Assembly (NCBI GenBank): GCA_012295275.1
Contig: CM022674.1
Span: forward strand, 5,952,001 to 6,016,000
Source of the DNA: Chrysomallon squamiferum
Lineage: Eukaryota > Animalia > Mollusca
Reading direction: 5' to 3'
Length of the DNA stretch: 64,000 bases
Shown here: positions 43,501 to 57,157 of the stretch, piece by piece
How the letters are laid out: each line of letters starts with the position of its first letter
Numbering within the stretch: position 1 is the first letter of the stretch
The notes under the pieces: generated by a model
What the model was told of the DNA's origin: nothing
Databases searched by the model: none
The model's input: the letters and a program-made list of their open reading frames with translations, nothing else
Made by a program: the position numbers and the translations under genes

Positions 43501-45070
43501 GTACAGAAATGTAAAAACAAAGTCCTTTCACTTAACCTGAATCATTATAAAGTTTCTCAAGGATTATTTTGTATATTTATTTCTGTATTTGAAGAAGAAA
43601 AAAGAAGAAGACGAAGGTTTTGTGAAAGTCAGGAAAATTCCTGCTGACATGCAGTTGTGTTTGCTCATAATATTACTTTATAGTTGAAAAGTTGTTATTC
43701 ATTAAGAAATAAAAGAATAACATGGAAGTATGTAAAACGTATTTATAAATGTTCAATTACATTGTCATAGATACACTGTAAGCATGTCAGACTTTGATTG
43801 GGAGAGGTTATCTTGAATGCTCTCAAAATTAAATGTATAATATTCTAAAATAATGCATTTTCAGAAAGGCCTTCTTTGTCAGTCTGATCTTTATTAGTTT
43901 TATTAAGTATTTATTTTGAAGCAGCCACAGTGGGCTCTGTCTAAACAAGATTTCAGTTAAATTCACACATTTCAAAGTCCCATCCAGTTATCGTTGATAT
44001 ATCATGATAGTCAAGTACAGACAGAGTCCATTGTACATAGTCTTGCCAGTCTTGCCTAAGTATTCGTTTTATATTTTAGGGAAGTCTTAGTGTTTGTGTC
44101 TCAAACAAACTTAAGTGTTTTCTCATTTAGAAATCTCCTCTTTCAGTGCAATTATCTTGGTAAATTCTAACATGATCAATATGCTCAAGTTATACAATAA
44201 AAACCACATTTAAACATTTTCATTTTATGAAGAAAAAAAAAAACCAACAACAAAGGTGTATGTATATTTTTGTGAACAAGAATCATGCTCATTGAAGTTA
44301 CTAACACAATATATTTTTGAATTCATATTATTAATACTTATTGCCTTATTTAATAATTTTTTTCTTGTCTTATTCTTTTAAATTTTATCCGAAATCAGTG
44401 CTATAATGAGAAATTTCGGCACCAATCTCAGACAAACCATGCCTTTTTTATGTGTTATTTATTTGTTTCAAAAATTCATAATTTTAAATATGTCATCCTC
44501 AAATTCAGCCAGAGTTGGAAACTGGTAATATCTATGCATTTGCATAACCATCTCTGAACATGAAAATGAAAATACAAATTTTTATATATTTATTATTAAA
44601 TTCTTTTTTTATGAATACCATTTTTAAAAACATATTAAATTTTACTTTTGTAAAGTAAATTTTAAGTATTGTGATACATTTTTATTACATTATCAGCATG
44701 GAGTTTTTGATATTTTACTATTTTAAATAGTATGTCTGATTATTTAGATTTTGTTTTTTTAAAGTGTGACTGAAAAAAGCCATGTTTAACATGCTTTGAT
44801 TTATATCATGTGAACATTTATTTAAGCATTTTATATCTTTAACTTGCTGTTGTATGTGGCAAAAAAAAGAACTTGTGAATGGTTTTCCTTTTTTGTTTTT
44901 GATTATTTGTCAGAAAAGAATGACAGAGAAAGTACATTTGATGTGGTATTTTATGAATGCTTAATTTAATGCAATAATAATTAAAATGTTTGAAAATGTA
45001 TGTTATGGCTGAAGTAGTTTGATTGATCATTTAAGAAATGTTTTTGAAAAAGTTAGGAAATTTCATTAAG

Positions 45071-45481
45071 GCTACTTTGCTGTAAATAAATAGTGTAAAT
45101 ATATTTTATGTATTTCCAAGAGTTTGTTTTATTTTATTACCAACCTTTACTGTGAATAAAGTATGAGGAGTTGCAGAAGTGCTGCCATTTTCCATTAGTA
45201 TGTAGCATCACGACGCAAGCAGATATGCAAAAGCCCTAAAAGACTTAGTAAATGAATTCTTATCGCAGTATCATTCAATCATCACTGTGATTTACTTATT
45301 TTTTATTTTTATACATGGAGTGATGAATGGACACAGCAGCAGTTTCAGCCTACGTGCATTATCAGTAACTAGTTGTGTAACATTTGTCTTACTTTGTTAT
45401 TAGCAAAGGTTGGACAATAAAACAAATATTTGGAAAATTACATAATGTATGTAAACTGTTTGTTTATAATACTAAAGCAAC
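45071..45481. mobile_element. degenerate long inverted repeat (MITE-like)
   Basis: Arms ~45071-45196 and ~45326-45481 are reverse complements, e.g. ccaaccttt 45140-45148 / aaaggttgg 45405-45413 and tttgttttatt 45123-45133 / aataaaacaaa 45416-45426. Confidence 0.7.
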
Positions 45482-45509
45482 ACTTTAGTCTGCTGTTGCA
45501 TTGTGTGTT

Positions 45510-45553
<44 letters not shown>

Positions 45554-46699
45554 TACTTGAAGTTGTATATAAAAATAAAAGTAAAAGATAGAACCTTAAT
45601 GACCTTTAACTTTTGGCAACTATTATACTTTTATACACTTACTAACAATCTCTGTATGCAAACAAAATTATAGTGTGAAATCTTCACATATGCTGAAGAC
45701 CCTTTTAGTTTAATTACATGCTCACTGTAACTGCAAATTAACTGCCTTTGCACTTAACCTGATTTCAACTGCACTGATTTCATATGGTCAGTGTGTCTGA
45801 ATGTGTATCTGATTCATGTGTATCGCTAATCCAAGTGCTTATTGTGATTCTGTAACATGGTTACTGTGTCTGAGTGTATGTTTGATTTGTGTGCACACTG
45901 TATCTGAATTTATATATATTTATGATAGTGTCATTGAAACGAGTTTGATAAATTTTGGTCAATTCTAATTTATTAATAAGGTAGCGAATTTAATTCATTG
46001 TGAAAATGTCAGATGAAAGTTCAGTTGTGAATTTTTTCTGTCTAGATGGTTTTTTTTTCATAATTATTTTTTATATCATGTAGATTTATAGAATGCATAG
46101 TTGACCAAACCATGACTGGATTTTTATTTACTTTTCTTTTTTTATAATTATTATTTTTTAAATATATATTTAGATTTGTAATACTTGTAGAATAATTAAT
46201 TTATCCACAGTGTATTGATATATTTAGGACAGAGTCATGTTTTTTGTCGCATTCCAGTTTTTGGAGGATAATTTTGTTTTATGTAGTTAATCTCTTAAAA
46301 ATAAAAACAACAGAGGATCTGAAACTAGTTAATTATATGAAAGAAAAGAATTCAAACTGAATTACTAGACGTTGTGTATGTTTGATATAATTTATATTTA
46401 TTCCCATTTATTATTATAATCTCTTCTTATTTATTTTTATAATACAAAAAGAAAGAATCTGAAGCTGTTGGGAAATAAATATACGTTTTAAACTTTTCAA
46501 TTTCTTTGAACCCAATTTTACAGATAGCATGTTATATTTTTATTATGGTTTTATTTTATAATATATTTTATTTTATTATATAATTTATATATAATATTTA
46601 TTATTATTAAATATTACAGCATTTAGCATTTAAAAAACCTGTGACAGTGTCCACTGTATTTAATAAGTTGGCAGCTATTTTAAAATGAATATGAATGAT

Positions 46700-46900
46700 T
46701 GAGTTTTTGTTTAAGACCACTTAAACATATTTTTAAAACATCATTGACTATTATTATGTGATTTTGTAAGGCAAGTGTAAGAAGCAAAAATCCACCACAC
46801 AAAGGATTTTCTTATTCATTAGCAGCAAGAAATCTTTTAAATGCATTTTTTCTTAGAAAGGAAAGAACATCCCACTGTTTTTGATAAATCGTTTGTGAAT
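46700..46900 (-). mobile_element. SINE fragment (same family), CpG-eroded
   Basis: Shares blocks with the copies at 8572-8640 and 18560-18690. Confidence 0.55.
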
Positions 46901-47691
46901 AACATGAACAAGCTGAAAGAATGCAGTTACAAGGAGAGATCCCAAGGTCCATCACTTAATATGACTGAATGGGTTTATAAAAATGTTTTGAATGTTTCTT
47001 GGTCATTAATTATTATTATTATTATTATCATTATTATCATTATTATCATGCCATTGTTATTACGATTATGACTGTTACTATCCTTCTCCTCCTCATTATT
47101 ATCATTATATTTACCTCTTTTAGTAAATGACTTTTATATTTATTAAATGACTTTTAATCATTTGTTAAAAATGGAGCAATAAATTGTAAATCAGAAAAAA
47201 AAAAAAAAAATCACAATATTTTTATTTTTTAAGCAGAATCTATACCAGTGACACTGAAACTTTAGCAAAACTGACTTATGAAACAAGCTGATTGTGTTAT
47301 TATTCAAGTCAGACAATTTCCAGTGACAAATACAGCTTCAAATATCGGTTAATACAAACATTGCAATACTACATTTGCAAACTAATTAGTTTTGTCTGCT
47401 ACTGATATTTCTGTTTAGCACATAATTTTAGTTTTGTCTGACTTTGCAGAATTTGCTAATATTTTATGTTTGCTCACATTTTCTGATTTACTATGGATTT
47501 TTACTGTAGTAACTGTAATAAGTGCTTTTCCATTTTTTTGTTACAGTGGACTTGTTACGATTGTAATAGATGGTTACAGTTGTAATAACAAATTGTTTAT
47601 TGGGTGCACTGTCTTGTAACTGTGGATTTGTTATAAGTAATTCATTTATATGATGCACTAATTGATTTTGTTATAGAAATAATAATTTGTA

Positions 47692-47739
47692 ACAGGGTAG
47701 AAAAACTAAATACAGGGTAAATTTCTTTATAACAGGGTA
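47692..47739 (+). promoter_or_regulatory. three miR-10 8mer seed matches (ACAGGGTA) at 20-nt period
   Basis: ACAGGGTA at 47692, 47712, 47732 with unrelated spacers; exact complement of the miR-10 5' end UACCCUGU. Confidence 0.6.
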
Positions 47740-48987
47740 TGATGATAATTGGTATGTTAGTGCTGTATGTTTTCAGAACTCGTTACTCATAAAAATAAGA
47801 GAAAAGTAATTGCAGTTAGAAACAAAAGAATTTGAAGATATAGTATTATTAGTAATATTATTTGAAGAGAAAAAGAAAAAGAAAGAAGTTTCATTTTTGT
47901 ATGTTTGTCTGTTTGATATTTTGATTTAAATATATCAGACATAACAGTATTTCTAACAAACGATGGACATAAGACAGACACATTTACACACAGACATACA
48001 AATTATCACAACACTTAGCTCTTTTACAGAACTAAAGATTTGTTACAACATTTATATAACCCATTCTATTGGTGCATGACAATATTTTATTTTTTTATAG
48101 TTCTTTGCAGAACAAAATTAACATATTATGCACCGCACCTTCATTGTGCATGCAAAAATTACAGTGTATAATCAATGACAAGTAAATATTTCAAAGTATA
48201 AATAAATAAAAAAACATTCTTAAGATAATGTATATTTTGATTCATTCTTTCTTTATTTTTTATTTTGTTTTTATAAATCATGGTGAAAAACATACATTTG
48301 TTACAAAACATAATTTTAAATTTTTTTTGTAATGTTTATTTACTTATTTGAAATGCATAAAGGCAATGATGTTTTAACATAAAGGCTAATATTAAAAACA
48401 TTAATATTAATTAATAACTTTTATTAGTTTTCTGTTTTTCATTTATTTCATTATTCATCATTTTACTTTTTTTTTTTTTATTAATTTGCTGCAACAAAAT
48501 GTAAACCACTTTAAATAATAATGTTTATCATCTGTCATAATTTTAATTCATTGTCTTGTTTTTGAATTTTTCTTTTCACCATATCACTTATGTAGGTAAA
48601 AATTAAAAATAGATTTATTGTAATGATGTTCAGTTTTCAAATAAGAAAATGTTTGTTACTTTTTAGATACCTTATGGTAAATACTGACATATTTTATGAA
48701 TGTACACTGAGATTTTATGAAAATATTTACTTAATAAATATGTGCAACATTATAAATAGTTGATTGTATTTTGTATGTTCAATTTTAAATGTTTTGTATG
48801 AAATAGGCAGTTAAAATGAAATTCATAATACAATTAAAGTTATTTTTAAAATTGTGACTGTTAATTAAAAATACATATACATATTACATTCAGTTATTTT
48901 TCAATACACAAACGAACATACTGTTTTATTAGTGAACCATTTAAAACATACAATATCTTTGTGAACATAAAATTAATTATAATTTAG

Positions 48988-49036
<49 letters not shown>

Positions 49037-49165
49037 ATGACAAACAATTATTGTTTAATTTAAAAAAAAAAAAAAGGTGGTTACCTTTATGCTATTTAGA
49101 ACAAGAAAATGTAGGATCAAACTGTCAGAAAAATATATTATGTAAAACCTTTGTAGTTAGAAACA

Positions 49166-49196
<31 letters not shown>

Positions 49197-49453
49197 TATG
49201 AATATTTCATTCTAACATATGCTGCATTAATAAAAATACAAATGGGCTGAACTGAAAAAAACCCACAAAAAAAACAAAAAAAAAAAAAAACAAACAGCAG
49301 CAACAAAAAACAACAAAAAAACACATGATAAAATCATCGATGAGAGCAAATATATTCTGATGCAGTTCTTGAGTACACACTCACACCGCATTCTAAATAA
49401 AGGTTAGGTGAGAAACCTCAACTCATAAAATCATTCCCCATTTGCCACCCTCA

Positions 49454-49484
<31 letters not shown>

Positions 49485-49892
49485 ACAAAATAAAATAATA
49501 AATAATAAAATAATAAGTAAATAAATAAATAAAAAAAATAAAAATAAAAATAAAATAAAATAAAATAATAGAAACCACTGAGATGGAAGAACTCTGGTAT
49601 ATTAAATTACACCATTTTCTTCTGTTTTTTGTTGTTTTTGTTTTTGTGATTATAGAATTATTTTCCTTTAGAGTAATAATATTTGTGCTATTTTCGGTAT
49701 TAGGTCAGTGGCCATCCATAGCGCAAACAGAACGTATAGATAATAGCGTAATTGTTTTCTCGATCATTCGCTGAATTAGTGCAATTTACTTCTGCTTCTC
49801 AGTTTTCGATTATTTTGACATTTATTTGAAAATTATTTTTGTATATTAGCTATTAACGTTATACTCATTAATCAGTTATTATTTTTTTTTTA

Positions 49893-49923
<31 letters not shown>

Positions 49924-50671
49924 TTAAAATACGTAATCAAATTGATGATTTTAAATAAATGCTTTTGTTGCTGTTAACAGAACAACAGTAATAATATAAA
50001 AACAAAAATCAGTCCTTTACTTATACATGTATCAGTGTTTTTGTTACAATAAAATATATAATAGTCAATGATATATATTATACTCTCTCTCTCTCTCTCT
50101 CTCTCTCAAATACACTCACGTACATTAACAGCTGGCTGGATCAGAGAGCATGCGCATTAGCGATGTACTTTACTGCAGTGGAAAAAAACAGTAGCAGACG
50201 AATAACGTAAGAAGAAGTCGAAAAAAAGTGCCGATGATAAGACAAGAATATGCAGAAGTTAATCTAGTTCGCATACACTGTGCATACCGAGTATTTGAAA
50301 GACATATTATGATGGATGTCTTGACAAATTATTAGTGTGTTTTTTCCGTCACGTTTATTCTTTAACTGAGTTTGGCATATATGAAGTAACTTAACTAAAT
50401 TTACAAAAAAAAAAAAAAAAAAAAAAAAAAGGAAATGAACGAGGAAAGAACGAAGACAAATTTCTAATCGTATGAATATAAAATATGTGCTGTACAGGTT
50501 CAAAACCCGGAACTTTATGTTCATAGTAACTTATTATTATTATTTTTTAAACTTTCTTTTCTCTTTTTAAAAATTGATTTTCCGGTGAAGAGTTATGATC
50601 TCAGAAACAGTATGTCATAGTAATTTTCTCTGTAATTTTCTGAACGTCAAGTATATATGCGTAAGTTAAAG

Positions 50672-50728
<57 letters not shown>

Positions 50729-50918
50729 AAGTAAAATAAAATAATAAAATATAATATAAAAAAATAATTAAAGATGTTTATTCATGGCAAATTTTGAATT
50801 ACATAATTATGTAGACATATTTTAATAATCAGCGATCGTTGGATGTAGGGAGACGAAGGGAGATCCTCAGATCTTTTCACCTGAATCCTCGAATCAAGTG
50901 TTTGTGTGTGTGTGTTTC

Positions 50919-50956
<38 letters not shown>

Positions 50957-51780
50957 CAGTTTATTTATCCTTTTCATTTTGTTCTATCAGATGCAATTAT
51001 AAAAACAGTCTGACATCTTCTTTCTTCCTTTCTTTAAATATATTTCATTTTATCTATATTTTAGCAAACCCACATTAGCATATACTCTTCAAATATATCG
51101 ACACATACAGATATTACGCACGCACGCATGCGCACACTTTCTACTCTCCCCTCACACAAGCTTCACTTGTCGGTAGGTTTATGGTTGGTATGTTTTACGG
51201 ACTCGGTGGAAAAGAAAAAGAAAAAAGAAAGAAAGAAAGAAAAAAAACCCCACTGCTACCTTGAGCCAGATTCAAGCTGACTATTGTATCTTGTCGGAAC
51301 TTGTTTAGAGTCACAATTTTTTTTCATCAAGGCTAATTCTATTATTAACAACAGCAGCAATCGTTGAAATAGCATTACACAAAAGATTACAAAAAGAAAA
51401 AAAAGAAAGAAGGAGTGTTTTAGATGAAATTAGTTTAAAAACAGCAACAACGGCGTCTATTTCTAGAAAAATGAAATTTAAAAAAATTTGAATTAGGGGA
51501 GGTGATTCGCGGAAACGCCTGATTAATAAATAGACTTGATGTGCTGTACTCTGCTTCAGTTTTGTTAGCAAAACTGGAGTTTGCTAGAGTGTCGTCGTAA
51601 CCTGTGATGTACGAGTTATTTATAATACTTGTGTTTAATAATAATAATAATAATAATAATAGTAGTAGTAGTAGTAGTAGTACTAATAATAACAATAACA
51701 AGATTAGTAATAATAATATTAACAGTCGTAGTACTAGTAGTAGTAATAATAATAACAATAACAACAACAGCAATAAAAAC

Positions 51781-51830
<50 letters not shown>

Positions 51831-53037
51831 GAAAAAGAAGAAGAAGAAGAAGAAGAAACAACAATATTAAATGATACATGTATTTGGTTTAACAAAATGA
51901 TAAATATTTCAAAGCGTAAAAAAAAAAAAAAAAAAAACGCATAGGCCGATAGATGAACTTGCGAATGATTAATTATAAACTTTACATTGCTTCAGTAACG
52001 AATGCGACTATCTCACACAGTAGTTTTAGTTTCTAACCGTCACAAACATAATCTTGAAACCATTGAAATGAAGAGCTTTATTTCAGTCTAGGAACATACA
52101 GAATACAAACTGAACTAAATAACCACACTTACGACATTCCTGGGCCATCGATGTAATATATATTTTTACGCTGAATGCTACCCACCTTTCTAAAACACTG
52201 GGCCTCCCCCAATCCATGGCAGATGTGTTTACTGAATGCATGAATCAGCGATCAGTATAAATTAAATTTTTAAAGCAATTTGAGCTGATATTTGTATTAA
52301 GTTACTTCAGTACTAAGGTTTAGTTAATACAGTTACAGATGTGTTTGCGAGACGACGACTACTACTACGACAGTCACCATCATCATTAGCACACCAACAT
52401 CAACAAGGCGACGATGATGACGACGACAACAACAACAACAACAACAACCATTTAATTTTTATATATATAAAAGTGTATAGAAGTGTAGTAGTTTCAATAT
52501 TTATTTGAAAATATCTTTGAGTTTTCCCCGCCAAATTATATATAGGTCTATAGGTCAGAAGGTCAGAAGGTTAGAAAGTCAGGGAATTACTGTTACTAAT
52601 ATTACTACTGCTTGTACTAGTACAACCACTACTACCACTACTTCTACTGGTACTACTGTTATTCTTACTAAATGATATCCAGTGTCTGCGTGATCAGGTT
52701 TTACGAGATAAAAAGGAGAGAGCATGTCTAGTCGTTTAGAGATACAGATGTTAAAACTTACGTGTGTGCAGTACAAAATCTCGCTATATGGAAAAAGCGT
52801 TAGAGAGACGAATATAAAAAAAGAGACGAATATGAAAGAGCGTTTAAAAAAAAAGATAATAAGGTAAGATTATGCAAAAGGTAATCTAGCTGGCATTCAT
52901 TCTCTGTACTGTGTCTGCTTTGAATTCTCTTTGTTGCTGATAACGTGCAAACGCCCGAATTTACGCATTATTATTCATGATATTTTTATTCATTTTTTTT
53001 TTTTTTTTTGTTGTTTAGTAGTCTTCTTCTTCTTTTT

Positions 53038-53069
<32 letters not shown>

Positions 53070-53473
53070 ACGGAGCAAACTTGTTTTTTTTTTTTTTTTT
53101 TTTTTTTTTATTTTCAGGCGAAATATGTTTACGTTTGGGTTACACCAAGTTTATTTCAATTTATTGTTAGAGCTGAAACGATCTTTTGTTGGTTGACAAA
53201 AAGACACTCAGCTGATCTTGGGGGGTTGTCGGAAAGACTGAATTTTAAACTGCAGACAGCAAAAAACAAAAAAAAAAAAAAAAAAAAAATAAAAAATAAT
53301 AAAAAAAATAAAAAAAATTAAAAATAGAAAAATGGAGCAATGTATAGTTTTCATCTAAGATCAAGAACTGTCGACAATTATTTATTTATTTATTTATTTA
53401 TTTTAATTTGTTTTCGAGTTGCTTATTTATTATTCTTATTAAAGTTTAAATTTGTATTATATATGTATGTGTG

Positions 53474-53509
<36 letters not shown>

Positions 53510-53528
53510 GATATAAATATATAGATAT

Positions 53529-53565
<37 letters not shown>

Positions 53566-54181
53566 TACATAAAACACACACATTAACGTTTTAAATTTTT
53601 ACTTCAAGTTTTACTAAATTCTTCTCCATAAATATATTTAAAAAAATAGTCACAAGTTAAAAACTAAATATTAAAATTATTTTAACAACATAAATAAATA
53701 AAATTATCATGTTACTTTACCTTTTTATTAGCATGGACTTTTCTAACCTTCGGATGAAAACGAACGAATGGGGGAAAAAAATCTAAACTCAAACCAAACA
53801 ATTAAAGAAAGGAGAACCTTATAACGTAATGTAAACAAACGACAACTGACGTCATAATGTTGTCATGGAAACATCAGGTCTTTTGGGTATTTCACTTCGT
53901 AAGTGTTCGGTATGAAAATATCATTTTTTGTTACAGATTTATTTTTGAAAGCAAGGTTAAAAAGAATCTTGTAGCCAGTATTCTCGGGGCTGCCGTAGAA
54001 AAGGTAACGCTACAAAACACTAATATTTCTATGTCTTTTACTAACATACTAACCTTATGTTATACAGGTACAAAGTTGCTTTATTTCGTAGTCAGTATTT
54101 TACAGAAAGGTAAGTCAATGTATGTATGTATTTATTTACTCATACAAAAAAAATATCCCCACATATACATATACATAGACA

Positions 54182-54587
<406 letters not shown>

Positions 54588-54670
54588 TTTCAGCTACATA
54601 ACATATCACTTAAGGCGCGCTAACTAAAAAAAAAATGTTACTGCTCCAGAATGGCTTTCACCGTAAAAGA

Positions 54671-55470
54671 AATATTAACAGTAGCAGTAATAATAGTAGT
54701 AGTAGCAGTAATAATATTAGTAGTAGCAGTAATAATAGTAGTAGCAGAAGTAATAATAGTAGTAGCAGCAGTAATAATATTAGTAGCAGCAGTAATAATA
54801 GTAGCAGTAGCAGAAGCAGTAATAGTAGTATTAACAGTAGCAGTAATAATAGTAGTAGTAGCAGTAATAATATTAGTAGCAGAAGTAATAATAGTAGTAG
54901 TAGTAGAAGCAGTAATAGTAGTATTAACAGTAACAGTAATAATAGTAGTAGTAGCAGTAATAATAGTAATAGCAGCAGTAATAATATTAGTAGCAGCAGT
55001 AATAATAGTAGCAGTAGCAGTAATAATACTAGTAGCAGCAGTAATAATATTAGTAGCAGCAGTAATAATATTAGTAGCAGCAGTAATAATAGTAGCAGTA
55101 GCAGAAGCAGTAATAGTAGTATTAACAGTAGCAGTAATAATAGTAGTAGTAGCAGTAATAATATTAGTAGCAGAAGTAATAATAGTAGTAGTAGTAGAAG
55201 CAGTAATAGTAGTATTAACAGTAACAGTAATAATAGTAGTAGTAGCAGTAATAACACTAGTAGGAGAAGTAATAATAGTAGTAGTAGCAGTAATAATAGT
55301 AGTAGCAGCAGTAATAATAGTAGTAACAACAGTAATAATAGTACTAGCAGCAGTAATAATAGTACTAGCAGCAGTAATAATACTAGTAGCAGAAGTCATA
55401 ATAGTAGTAGCAGTAGTAATAATAGTAGTAGCAGCAGTAATAATACTAATATTAACAGCAGTAGTAATAC
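54671..55470. repeat. 21-bp-period minisatellite built from AGT/AAT/AGC triplets
   Basis: Unit approximately agtaataatagtagtagcagc; internal ~200-bp block repeated at 291-bp offset. Confidence 0.9.
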
Positions 55471-56355
55471 TGGTAGCATTACACCTTCAAACATACATAC
55501 GTACACACACACAGAGAGAAAAAACAAACAAACAAACCCTGTGTTTATACATAATGTGAGTGTGTTATTCAGCTGACGACGACTGCTTGTAGAAAATGAA
55601 TCATTTTTCTCTTTCTGTGCGAGTAACACACGGACGTTGTTTGTCTGAGTAATTTTCCATTCCTCAAAAGCAAGGAGGACGAGTGCTATGCGGGCAGGTC
55701 AGAATATTTTCCAGGAGAATTACCATAATATTCCTCGACGGCAACTCTTGTCATTATTACATGCAGCCTCTATCTACACTGTTTCAAAAGAGTTAAAAGC
55801 GTTTGTAGTTTGATATCTCTTAGCAAAAGATATCAGTTGCTACTGTTGTTGTTGTTGTTGTTGTTGTTGTTATTATTTATTATTTTTATTATTATTGTTA
55901 TTATTATTATTATTGTTATTATTATTTTTGTTATTGTTATTGTTATTATTGTTGTTGTTGTTGTTGTTAATGTTGTTTTTAGTTTTTGTTTTTGTTGTTA
56001 TTCATATTGTTATTATTGTTATTTATTACTGCTAATTATTATTATTATTGTCATCATAAGTTACTACTACTACTACTACTAGTACTACTATAGCCATTTC
56101 TACTACAACCATAATAACATCTACTACTACTATAAGAACCACATCTAATAATATGACTACGTTCTTATCTAATGTCAGTTTTATTTTGTTTTAAACTGCG
56201 TAATATTGCACGACGTTATTTTACAGATAACGATTTTAAAATATTCCAAAATTCTGTTTGCGAACGCTAAGACCTTTATATCGCCTATCTGACCAGTATT
56301 ATACAGTTTTTGTTATCAGCAGGTGTTCAGATATGAAATACAACATTAACACATA

Positions 56356-56420
56356 AATACATACATACATACACACACATACATAGATACATACACAAGA
56401 TACATACATACATACATACA

Positions 56421-56454
<34 letters not shown>

Positions 56455-56482
56455 CATACATACATATATACATACATACATA
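56356..56482. repeat. (TACA)n microsatellite
   Basis: Direct reading. Confidence 0.9.
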
Positions 56483-57116
56483 TATTGTTATATTAATTTC
56501 TATAACGTAAACTGTTTGATTTTACAGATTTAGTGGATGATAAGTAAGTATGTAAATAAACAAACAAACATAAAACAAACACACAAATAAACAACATATA
56601 TAAAAAAAAAAAAAAAAAAATAAATAAAGAAAAAAGAAAACGTAAAACTCCGATATAACGGTGATGATTCGGTAATATTAAATATTTCATCTGTTGTGCA
56701 GAAGGCATTATGAGGTCAAAGGTGACGATTTGTAATTTATGTCATTTTGTCTTGATGACGTTTCCCTATTGTGAATTCTTGGCTAGTTTCCTGGTTTTAG
56801 GTCAAACGGTAAAGCGATGAAATAACAATATGAAAATTAAATTCAGTATCAGTTTCGCACGAAACAGATAATGGCGCCGTCGTTGTAAAATAATCAATAC
56901 AGCATATAAAAAGAAGAGAAAATAAGAAAACAACACAAAGAAACAAAACAAAACAATAAACAACATAAAACAGATACAAACAAAACAAACAGCGACAAAC
57001 ATAAAAAAGAACGAACAAAAAATATTGCAACTACTATATCTTCTCCAACTACTACTACTACTGCTGCTGCTACTACTATTACTAGCATTACTACTACTAC
57101 AAACTACAATCACTAT

Positions 57117-57157
<41 letters not shown>

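Larger units (their letters stand above)
40521..48230 (+). other. putative long 3' UTR
   Basis: No coding potential, U-rich, CpG-depleted like the gene body, sense-strand miRNA-site cluster at 47692-47739, AATAAA at 48201 followed by a U-rich tract. Earlier AATAAA hexamers also exist, so the end is uncertain. Confidence 0.4.

Noticed and set aside
25000-50000. MRPS6 exons (host gene of vertebrate SLC5A3)
   Set aside because: No MRPS6-like peptide noticed on either strand by eye; a tBLASTn search would be needed to exclude it fully.
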